Assembly: GCA_963662275.1 (NCBI GenBank)
Contig: OY759316.1
Span: 4,314,785 to 4,378,784 of the forward strand
Length of the DNA stretch: 64,000 nucleotides
Direction of reading: 5' to 3'
Source of the DNA: Candidatus Cloacimonadales bacterium
GTDB taxonomy: Bacteria > Cloacimonadota > Cloacimonadia > Cloacimonadales > DAONDQ01
The notes below the pieces were generated by a model. That model made no database searches and was not told the origin of the DNA. It worked only from the letters and a program-made list of their open reading frames with translations. The translations under genes and the position numbers were made by a program. Below, one piece after another: positions 1 to 8,343 of this stretch. The first letter of the stretch is position 1. The number at the start of each line of letters is the position of its first letter.

Positions 1-3
1 CTA

Positions 4-957
4 ATGCCTGGAAAGATAGTTCCCCTTGCGGAACAGAATGCAGTCATTATTCGGGCAAATCCAGAAACTTTCAATGAAATCGTTTCCCGAATTCAGGAAT
101 TAGATGTTCCTCAAAAACAAATTGAAATACGTGCTCGTGTGATCGAAGTGTCACTTCAATCATCAAAGCAATTTGGTATCGATTGGTCAAAGCTTAACCA
201 TTTGACTACGATTTTGGCAGAAGATCCTGTTAATCAAACGGGGACAGGTTTACCTTATAACTATAATACATCCTATATTGATGGAACACTACCTCATGGT
301 GATCCATTAGAATTTGAATTATTGCCCAAGACACAGTATTTTCAAAAAATGACAGGTTGGGATGATGTTGGTCATTTCAGTCGTCAGCTTACAGCCTTTG
401 ATATTACGATGGATTGGCTTTTAGAAAATAATGCTGCAAAATTACTTACAGATACTCGTCTCACAGCCATGAATGGTGAAGTTGCTGATATTCTAATTGG
501 TGAGACAATACCATTCGTTGTTACCAACAATGTGAACCAAGTTCAAGTCGAAAGACAAGATGTGGGTATCAAACTGAAAGTCAAAGCTACGGTAAATAAA
601 GACGGACAGATTACAACAACAATTAGTCCAGAAGTTAGCTCGGTAATCGAATTAGTTGGAGGATATGTTCCTCGCACGAAAGTTCGCAGAGTAAATTCAA
701 CGGTGACAGTACCGGATGGTAAGAAAATTATCGTAGGTGGTTTATTAAATTCTAGTTTAACCCAGAAAACAAGCAAATTACCACTTCTTGGCGATATTCC
801 ATTTATCGGTAAATTATTCCAACATCGTTATGAAGTATTAGATAATACAGATTTAATCATCGAAATTACACCACGTCTAGTGGATATGAATGAAAAGCAA
901 AAAGAAGCTGATGTAGATTCAAGATTAGATAATCACCTAATCAAATACAAAGATTAG
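4..957 (+). CDS. Secretin, type II secretion/type IV pilus (GspD/PilQ family), probably 5'-truncated by the window edge
   Basis: Secretin C-domain motifs (LDVPQKQIEIRARVIEV, IIVGGLL, KLPLLGDIPFIGKLFQ, LIIEITPRLV); upstream of pilB/pilC-like genes. Confidence 0.9.
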   Translation: MPGKIVPLAEQNAVIIRANPETFNEIVSRIQELDVPQKQIEIRARVIEVSLQSSKQFGIDWSKLNHLTTILAEDPVNQTGTGLPYNYNTSYIDGTLPHGDPLEFELLPKTQYFQKMTGWDDVGHFSRQLTAFDITMDWLLENNAAKLLTDTRLTAMNGEVADILIGETIPFVVTNNVNQVQVERQDVGIKLKVKATVNKDGQITTTISPEVSSVIELVGGYVPRTKVRRVNSTVTVPDGKKIIVGGLLNSSLTQKTSKLPLLGDIPFIGKLFQHRYEVLDNTDLIIEITPRLVDMNEKQKEADVDSRLDNHLIKYKD

Positions 958-970
958 GAAGGAAAAGAAA

Positions 971-3289
971 ATGAAGATTAGAAGTATTTTCACAATAACT
1001 TGTTTACTACTTTTTGTTTCTCTAGTTTTTTTAACAGGTTGCGACAAACGTAATGCTCCTATCGTGAAACCTGTCGTTCCTGCCAGTGAATTACTGCATA
1101 TCGTAAATATTGCAGCTTCAGCAGATACAATCTATGCAGATAATGGAATTACTTTTTCCAATATTGCGGTTCTTGTTAAGGATCAGCAGAATTTTGCTGC
1201 CTCCGGAGTTGCTGTTTTATTTCGGACAAATCTTGGTGGTATTATCAGACAAGTCACTACAGATAGTTCAGGAATAGCAAAAACTACGTTCTATTCTCGT
1301 GCAGTAGCTGATACCGGTGTTGCAAGAGTTGAAGCCATTATTAAGAGTGCTACAACCGGTGCAACGATTGACTCAGTTTCAACTCTAATTCACATTATTC
1401 CAATTCCGCCAGTAACAAATCTGACTTTAGAAATGAATTCTCATACAATGGTAGTTGATCAAACTGTCACACTTCGTTCTAAAGCTAAGAATATGCTTGG
1501 TGCGGACGTACCTGATAACACTTATCTCACTTTTAGTGCTACGAGAGGTTACTTCCTCAATCTTGATGATACAATTAATGGTGATTCCATTATGGTAAAA
1601 ACTTCGAATGGTACAGCGACTGTTCGCTATAATGCCGGTCCACTTTCGGGTCCAGGTGTCATCAAAGTTAGGATTGGTACGAAAATTACCACTCAGACTA
1701 TCACGGTTAATCCTGGCAGACCTTCTAGTTTGTTTATGTCTTCTTATACCGTACATAATGGTATTCACACAGTCACAGATGAAAGCACAGTCAACAGCCC
1801 TGATTCTATTTTTGTCAGTGCCTTGGTATCTGATGTACATAACAATGTATGTCCAAATGCGCTTGTCCGTTTTGAAACATCACTAGGGACTTTTGTGAAT
1901 ACTAATAGCATTATGAGCAAGAATACGAATTCCTATGGTTTAGCTGATGTTCACTTCACACCTGGGCTGAGTTCAGGAAGTGCCACGATCAAAGGCTTTG
2001 CTAATGGTGATACTCTTACAACCCAGATTCTTTTTACAGTTACTTCAAACGAGATCTATTCTATTCAATTTGAAAATTCAGGACAGATCGATTTGAATGT
2101 GGCGCATACTGGTGGTACTGAATCCGCAATTCTAAGAGTCAGGCTCTTCGATATTAATGGAAATCTAATTGATCGTCCAACTTGGGTTTATTTTGATCTT
2201 GTTGGAGATTCTCCTGAAGGAGCCAACCTGAATGGAGCGGCAACGGATTCTACCATTTCCAGTGGTGGTGTTGCCCAAGTTTCAGTGAATAGTGGTACAG
2301 AATCTGGTATTCTGACAATTAAAGCTTATACAAAAAAAGCAGATGGTACCATAGGTGTTAATGCCACGAAAGCTAATATCGTTATTCACGCAGGACCGCC
2401 TTATCGAGTGATATTAAACATCGGTGCCTTTAATTCAGGAACTGCTGTAGGTGGTGGTTTATGGAAAATTATTGCAGAAGCAGTCGTAAAGGATTTCTAT
2501 GGTAATCCTGTTGATTATGGAACCAGCGTTTTCTTCTCATTACCTGATGCGCAGCCCAACCCGAATATCCTAGCTAGCTGCACAATCAAAGGTAATACTT
2601 ATGTTGGGAATGTAAATGCAGAAGGTGATTCAACAGCAGGTGTTGCTTATACGACCATTATATATAATGGTGTATTCACTTTTGAATTGGTTCGGATCAT
2701 GGCAACGACACAGGCAAACGGTATTCCTGTAACTGGAACCGGTGATATGATTTTGCCTTTAAATCAACCGAATATTGAAACTTTGGTTACCCCGGCACAT
2801 CTGGATTTCTTTACTCCACAAACTGCTGGAGATCAATATGTAACCGTCAGGATGGCACTTACAGATGGACAGGGCAATCCAATTCATCATGCGATTCTAA
2901 CGCTATCTTCCACACGTGGATCATTCGTTTATGATCCAGGTACAAGTTTACAGTGGCCCAATCCGGGTGGACCCAATGATACACTTCATCCCAATGATCC
3001 TGAATATTGGAATAAAGTCGTAACGGATTGGTATGATGCCACCTGGCATGGAGTAGATGGTACAGGACACAATATTCCGGATAACAATTCAGATGGCTCC
3101 ACAAACGGTTATGCGCAAGGGAAAATTAAGTTCAGGGCTTACGAAATTCCTAATGGTGATGTTCAAACGGGTACACCTGGTACTGTAGCGGTTACTGTAA
3201 CAGCTACCTTATTGGGAACACAGGTTTCCGGTCAAACTACTTGTATTCTCCTGAAATATCCCTTCCCTCAACCAATACTTAGAATGTAA
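971..3289 (+). CDS. Lipoprotein with tandem bacterial Ig-like (Big-1/invasin-type) domains
   Basis: Lipobox LTGC after a hydrophobic signal; repeated 'V.D..N....G..V.F.T..G...TD..G.A' modules; Thr/Gly/Ser-rich. Confidence 0.7.
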   Translation: MKIRSIFTITCLLLFVSLVFLTGCDKRNAPIVKPVVPASELLHIVNIAASADTIYADNGITFSNIAVLVKDQQNFAASGVAVLFRTNLGGIIRQVTTDSSGIAKTTFYSRAVADTGVARVEAIIKSATTGATIDSVSTLIHIIPIPPVTNLTLEMNSHTMVVDQTVTLRSKAKNMLGADVPDNTYLTFSATRGYFLNLDDTINGDSIMVKTSNGTATVRYNAGPLSGPGVIKVRIGTKITTQTITVNPGRPSSLFMSSYTVHNGIHTVTDESTVNSPDSIFVSALVSDVHNNVCPNALVRFETSLGTFVNTNSIMSKNTNSYGLADVHFTPGLSSGSATIKGFANGDTLTTQILFTVTSNEIYSIQFENSGQIDLNVAHTGGTESAILRVRLFDINGNLIDRPTWVYFDLVGDSPEGANLNGAATDSTISSGGVAQVSVNSGTESGILTIKAYTKKADGTIGVNATKANIVIHAGPPYRVILNIGAFNSGTAVGGGLWKIIAEAVVKDFYGNPVDYGTSVFFSLPDAQPNPNILASCTIKGNTYVGNVNAEGDSTAGVAYTTIIYNGVFTFELVRIMATTQANGIPVTGTGDMILPLNQPNIETLVTPAHLDFFTPQTAGDQYVTVRMALTDGQGNPIHHAILTLSSTRGSFVYDPGTSLQWPNPGGPNDTLHPNDPEYWNKVVTDWYDATWHGVDGTGHNIPDNNSDGSTNGYAQGKIKFRAYEIPNGDVQTGTPGTVAVTVTATLLGTQVSGQTTCILLKYPFPQPILRM

Positions 3290-3305
3290 GTATAAAGATT
3301 TGGGT

Positions 3306-3337
3306 AGTCCCGTATTATTTGTAAATACGGGACTTTT
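3306..3337 (+). terminator. Hairpin followed by T-run (terminator or mRNA-stabilising stem)
   Basis: AGTCCCGTATT-loop-AATACGGGACT-TTT between the Ig-domain gene and the ATPase gene. Confidence 0.55.
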
Positions 3338-3370
3338 CCCCAAAATTTAATTTAAAAAAGGATCTATTCT

Positions 3371-5065
3371 ATGACATTTAAACGTTTAGGTCAGATTCTG
3401 ATTGATAAGAAGATTATTGCCGAAGAGCAGCTTCGGGATGGATTGGCAAAGCAATCTAATTTTCGTATTAAAATCGGTGAAACGCTGATAAAATTAGGCT
3501 ATCTGAATGAGAACGATTTACTACTAGCCCTTAGTGAACAACTTGGGTATGAAATTGTTGATATGCAGGAATTGAGAGACTTGAATGTCAGTACCGTCGG
3601 ATTAATTCCAGAGATGTTTGCAGTTGAAAACCGTGTTATCGCTGTTCGTGAAGGGAAAGATGGGTTGGTCGTTGCAATGACTGATCCGGAAAACATCGAA
3701 ATTCTTGATAGTTTAAAAAAACTTCTTCAGAAGAATGTAAAACCCATTCTTATCGGTGAAAGCGCTTTAACAGATACAATGGAGAAATATTACAAGAGTA
3801 TTCGTACAACTTCTCAAGTTGAAGATGCTGTTGGAAATTTTGATTTCGTTGCTATGGATGATGATGAGAATGAAATCAACATAGGTACCCAAGGTTCTGC
3901 TGATGCACCCGTCGTAAAACTGATCAACCTGATCATCACGGAAGCAATCAAAGCCGGAGCAACCGATATTCATATAGAACCTCTAACAAAGAATACTCGG
4001 ATTAGATTCCGTGTTGACGGCGCATTACGCGAAGTCATGAATCCACCAATTGGATTACACGCGGGATTGATTTCTATTGTAAAAGTTATGTCCAAATTGA
4101 ATATTGCAGAAAGGCGTCTTCCCCAGGATGGTCACATTTCTCTAAAAACTCAAATGAAGAGCGTTGATGTTCGTGTATCTATTACACCGACAGTATTAGG
4201 GGAAAAGATAGTAATGCGTCTCTTGGATAAAGGCGATTTCGGATTCAAACTTCAGACACTTGGTTTTGAAGATGATGATATGGAAATCTTCAAACGTGTA
4301 ATTCGCCGTCCCTATGGTATTATTATCGTTTCAGGACCTACCGGTAGTGGTAAATCAACCACTTTACATGCTGCTTTAAAAACGATCCAGGATATTGAAA
4401 CGAATATCATTACTGTTGAAGACCCTGTTGAATATCGTCTCGATGGTATAACCCAGATTGAAACTAAAGAACAGATAGGTTTAACCTTTGGTTCAGCATT
4501 GCGCTCAGTCTTACGTCAAGATCCGGATATTGTTCTTATCGGTGAAATCCGCGACGAAGAAACCGCTGATATAGCGACCAAATTCTCTTTGACCGGTCAT
4601 TTAGTTTTTAGTACGCTGCATGCTAATGATGCCCCTTCCACTGTTACTCGTCTGATTGATATTGGGATCAAGCCCTATTTGGTGGGATCTTCACTAAGTT
4701 TAGTGATGGCTCAAAGACTGGTACGTAAAATATGTTCACATTGCAAGACAGACTATAAACCTTCGGCGGATGAACTGAGAGATGCCGGTATTTCTGCTGA
4801 GGATGCAAGCAAAATTCAATTCAAACATGGCATTGGCTGTGTTCATTGTGATAATACCGGTTATTCCGGAAGAACAGGTATCTTTGAAGTACTCATGGTT
4901 GATGCAGAAATTCGTAAGATCATCTATGATGGCGGAAACCAGGATCTTGTTCGGGAAGCCGCATTACGCAAAGGTATGCGTACATTGCACGATAGCGCTA
5001 TTGTTAAGATGAAAAAGGGAATGACAACCTTAAGAGAAGTCATCAAGTTAACGATCGTGGAATAG
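3371..5065 (+). CDS. pilB: Type IV pilus assembly/T2SS ATPase (PilB/GspE)
   Basis: MshEN-like N-terminus (RLGQILI), Walker A GPTGSGKST, TVEDPVEY, LRQDPDIVLIGEIRD, CxxC...CxxC zinc motif. Confidence 0.9.
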   Translation: MTFKRLGQILIDKKIIAEEQLRDGLAKQSNFRIKIGETLIKLGYLNENDLLLALSEQLGYEIVDMQELRDLNVSTVGLIPEMFAVENRVIAVREGKDGLVVAMTDPENIEILDSLKKLLQKNVKPILIGESALTDTMEKYYKSIRTTSQVEDAVGNFDFVAMDDDENEINIGTQGSADAPVVKLINLIITEAIKAGATDIHIEPLTKNTRIRFRVDGALREVMNPPIGLHAGLISIVKVMSKLNIAERRLPQDGHISLKTQMKSVDVRVSITPTVLGEKIVMRLLDKGDFGFKLQTLGFEDDDMEIFKRVIRRPYGIIIVSGPTGSGKSTTLHAALKTIQDIETNIITVEDPVEYRLDGITQIETKEQIGLTFGSALRSVLRQDPDIVLIGEIRDEETADIATKFSLTGHLVFSTLHANDAPSTVTRLIDIGIKPYLVGSSLSLVMAQRLVRKICSHCKTDYKPSADELRDAGISAEDASKIQFKHGIGCVHCDNTGYSGRTGIFEVLMVDAEIRKIIYDGGNQDLVREAALRKGMRTLHDSAIVKMKKGMTTLREVIKLTIVE

Positions 5066-5101
5066 TCCGTTTCATTTCATAATAAAGTTAAAGGAAAGTA
5101 T

Positions 5102-6355
5102 ATGGCAGCATTTTCGTATATCATTCATGATGCGAAAGGAGCACGAGTCGAGGGGATGATGAAAGCTTCTTCACTCGATGAAGTGATTGATAAACTATCG
5201 AAAGATGGCGGTACGATCATTTCTGTAAAGAGTATTTCAGAAGCCGCAATGCGGACAAGTATGTCCCTCTTCGATAAGGTCGTTTTTGCTATCTACAAAA
5301 TCAGGACCAGTGTTTCACTTCGAACTCTCGTGTTTTTTACCCGCCAATTATCCACGATGTTTTCTGCGGGTTTGACAATCGAGAAAGCTATATCAGATTT
5401 GGCGAAAGAAGAGAGAAACGGTCGCTTTCAAAAAGTATTGCATAGACTAAGTGATGATATTAAAAAAGGATTTTCGCTTTCGGAAGCAATGGAACAGCAT
5501 CCGGGTGTTTTTAATCCCTTATATATTGCCCTGGTCAAAGCAGGTGAAGTTTCCGGAACTCTACATACAGTCCTGGGAGAACTATCAGATTACCTGGAAA
5601 AAATGGAAGATACACGCAGAAAAGTTGTTTCTGCCATGTCTTACCCCGTATTCATCCTAATTTTCCTGATTTTGGTTGTCTGGGGTTTGTTTTATTTCAT
5701 TATTCCTAAATTCCAGGAAGTGTATAGTAATTTCGGAGCTGATCTGCCAGTACCAACCCTTGTTGCCATCGCCATTAGTAATTTTATTGTTCATAACCTG
5801 ATCTTCAGCGTTCTGATCATGCTTATTATTCTTTGTGCTGGTTTTCTGATTTACCTGACTGAAAGAGGACGCTACATATTTGATGTAGTGAAACTGAAAT
5901 TACCCGTTATCGGTGCATTAATTAATAACTCGATCATGAGTAAATTTGCACGTACATTCTCTATCCTGACTGCTGCAGGTGTCCCCATTATGGACACTTT
6001 GGAGTTGGTTGAGGGTGTTGTTCAGAATGCCCCGATTGAGGAAGCCATCAATAAAGCACGTGCTTGGGTCAAAGAAGGTTATGGGGTGGCGAATGCCTTC
6101 CGTAAAACAGGTCTTTTCCCTTCCACATTGCTGCAATTGATGAGTACAGGTGAAGAAACAGGTGATATGGATCAGTTATTGAAAAAAGCCGGTGAATTTT
6201 ATGAAAAACTGGTTGATTCCGTGATTGATCGTTTAACAGTTCTGATTGAACCAAGCTTGATCATTATCATGGGTGTCGTTGTAGGATCGATTATTATCGT
6301 TATCTACTTACCGATTTTCGACCTTGGTCAAGCGATGAGTCAAGGTTACAAATAA
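5102..6355 (+). CDS. pilC: Type IV pilus/T2SS inner-membrane platform protein (PilC/GspF)
   Basis: FTRQLSTMFSAGL, GEVSGTL, AMSYP, GEETGDMD, LIEP motifs; three TM segments. Confidence 0.9.
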   Translation: MAAFSYIIHDAKGARVEGMMKASSLDEVIDKLSKDGGTIISVKSISEAAMRTSMSLFDKVVFAIYKIRTSVSLRTLVFFTRQLSTMFSAGLTIEKAISDLAKEERNGRFQKVLHRLSDDIKKGFSLSEAMEQHPGVFNPLYIALVKAGEVSGTLHTVLGELSDYLEKMEDTRRKVVSAMSYPVFILIFLILVVWGLFYFIIPKFQEVYSNFGADLPVPTLVAIAISNFIVHNLIFSVLIMLIILCAGFLIYLTERGRYIFDVVKLKLPVIGALINNSIMSKFARTFSILTAAGVPIMDTLELVEGVVQNAPIEEAINKARAWVKEGYGVANAFRKTGLFPSTLLQLMSTGEETGDMDQLLKKAGEFYEKLVDSVIDRLTVLIEPSLIIIMGVVVGSIIIVIYLPIFDLGQAMSQGYK

Positions 6356-6380
6356 GAAAATATAAAAATAATATTCTTTG

Positions 6381-6405
6381 ACCCCGTTGAAAGACGGGGT
6401 TTTTT
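6381..6405 (+). terminator. Rho-independent terminator
   Basis: ACCCCGT-tgaaag-ACGGGGT followed by TTTTT after pilC. Confidence 0.8.
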
Positions 6406-6406
6406 G

Positions 6407-6515
6407 TTGTGTGGAGTAGGATTCCGATCCTACTGAAAAGTAGTCTATTGTGTGGAGTAGGATTCCGATCCTACTGAAAAGTAGTCTATTGTGTGGAGTA
6501 AGATTCCAATCTTAC
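6407..6515. repeat. 41-bp tandem repeat (2.7 copies) carrying REP-like palindrome GTAGGAT-TCCG-ATCCTAC
   Basis: Units start at 6407, 6448 and 6489; an inverted partner GTAGGATCGGCATCCTACTCCAC lies at 6738-6760. Confidence 0.85.
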
Positions 6516-6524
6516 AAAAAAGCT

Positions 6525-6735
6525 ATGTCAGTTTTGAACTTCCAGAAAACAGGCTTTTACTACCGAGGATGAAAGGTCGGGTTTGAAGTCCGAATGCCCT
6601 TTTAGTTAAGTATTCAATGATAATTTGTTTAGGGCATTTGAACTCCAAAAGCCTTAGCTTTTATGTAAAGTCCATATTTCCTATTATTTGAGAAGTCATA
6701 GTAGATTCGATGGAAATTTGAACTCCAAAACTTCA
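6525..6735. repeat. Modular dispersed repeat (AAGTCC.AATTTCC...GGAAATTTGAACTCCAAA family), locus 1
   Basis: Shares blocks with 15841-16077 and 59491-59580. Confidence 0.75.
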
Positions 6736-6776
6736 TAGTAGGATCGGCATCCTACTCCACGAATAAGGAGATAAAT

Positions 6777-8093
6777 ATGAAAACAGCGGATATTCTCATT
6801 CAAAATGTATTGATCCTCTGCTTTGACCAGCAAATGACGATGATTGAAAATGGCTTTATCGCTATTGAAGGTAAATACATATCTGAACTTGGCTTGATGA
6901 AAGACATTAGAGACTGGCAGGGTAAAGAAGTCATTGATGGCAGTGGTATAATCGCTTTACCAGGTTTTATTAACGGTCATACACATGCCGGGATGAGCTA
7001 TTTTAAAGGTATGGCAGACGACATGCCCGTTATCAAGTGGCTGCAGGAAAAGATATGGCCAGCAGAAGCTCAGTTCATGAATGCAGAATTCGTAAAGTTA
7101 GGTGTGGAACATGCCATAGCCGAAATGATAAAAAGTGGTATCACGTCCTTCAATGATATGTATTTTTACAGTAAGGAAGCAGCAGAATCCAGTGAAAAAG
7201 CCGGAATACGTGCTGTGTTGGGAGAAGGAGTGCTTAATTATCCTGTTGCCATGCATCCGACTGCTGAACATAGCATCCAATATTCAGTAAAGCTCCAAGA
7301 AGAGAATAGAAGCGATTTGGTGAAGTTTACGATTGCACCCCATGCAATCTATACATGTAATCGCGAAAACCTTTCAAATGCTGCAGAAATGGCTGTAAAT
7401 AAGAAAATGAGTCTACACATTCATGTTTCAGAAACTCAGCAGGAAGTTGATAATTGTGTGATGGAACATGGAAAAAGACCTGTAGAATACTTGGACGAAA
7501 TAGGTTTCTTCAAACCAAATACTGTAATTGCTCATGGAATATATCTCAATGACCATGAACTAGAAATTTTATCTGCTCGAAAAGTGTCGGTTGCCGTCAA
7601 TACAATCAGCAACTTGAAACTTGCATCAGGTTTCGCTCCGATTCAAAGATATGAAGCATTTGGCGTAAATTGGTTCCTTGGTACAGATGGGGTTGCCAGC
7701 AATAATAGGCTGGATATGTTTAATGAAATTGCCACTACTGCAAGATTACATAAAGCGCTGACTTGTGATGCAGCTTTTCTTCCTGCGGAACAGATATTAT
7801 GCGCCTGTATTATCAATGGAGCTAAAGCCCTGAATCTCCAGGAATGTATAGGCTCCCTGGAAAAAGGAAAATTCGCAGATCTGATCCTGGTGGATATCAA
7901 TACTATTGAAACACAGCCAATGTATGATCCTTATTCTCAACTGGTTTACAGCACATCTTCAGAACAGTTGAAGCATGTGATTATCAATGGTAAGTTCGTT
8001 ATGCGTAACAGGAAACTCCTTACACTGAATGAAGAGGAACTCATTGCCAGGGCGAAAGAGTATCAGAAACGAATCAATTCAATTAAAAAGTAG
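6777..8093 (+). CDS. Amidohydrolase, 5'-methylthioadenosine/S-adenosylhomocysteine deaminase (MtaD)-like
   Basis: PGFINGHTH, APHAIYTC, HIHVSET, LGTDGVASNN, GSLEKGKFADL motifs. Confidence 0.8.
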   Translation: MKTADILIQNVLILCFDQQMTMIENGFIAIEGKYISELGLMKDIRDWQGKEVIDGSGIIALPGFINGHTHAGMSYFKGMADDMPVIKWLQEKIWPAEAQFMNAEFVKLGVEHAIAEMIKSGITSFNDMYFYSKEAAESSEKAGIRAVLGEGVLNYPVAMHPTAEHSIQYSVKLQEENRSDLVKFTIAPHAIYTCNRENLSNAAEMAVNKKMSLHIHVSETQQEVDNCVMEHGKRPVEYLDEIGFFKPNTVIAHGIYLNDHELEILSARKVSVAVNTISNLKLASGFAPIQRYEAFGVNWFLGTDGVASNNRLDMFNEIATTARLHKALTCDAAFLPAEQILCACIINGAKALNLQECIGSLEKGKFADLILVDINTIETQPMYDPYSQLVYSTSSEQLKHVIINGKFVMRNRKLLTLNEEELIARAKEYQKRINSIKK

Positions 8094-8249
8094 AAATTAC
8101 AGAGAAGATGTTTCTTTGAATGATAACACGTTGTAGAACATGATACCGATCATGCTGAAAACCAGCCAGTTCATTGATAAGTGCCATGGAAAATGTAAAA
8201 AAAAGGACAAAATCTGTACCCAAAAACAACCAAAACACAATCGCTCCTA

Positions 8250-8300
8250 GGAGCGGTTGTCCTGCGGTTCTGCTGCGGTAGTGCTGCGGTTCTGTTCTGC
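8250..8300. repeat. Short 11-bp-period tandem repeat (GCTGCGGTTCT-like)
   Basis: GCGGT recurs at 8253, 8264, 8275 and 8286. Confidence 0.6.
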
Positions 8301-8343
8301 TTGTAATAATTGTGAGTTATACGTGCTAATGCTATCGTACTGC

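Noticed and set aside
6407..6515. Possible mini-CRISPR (palindromic repeats)
   Set aside because: The sequence between palindromes is identical, so it is a tandem REP duplication.
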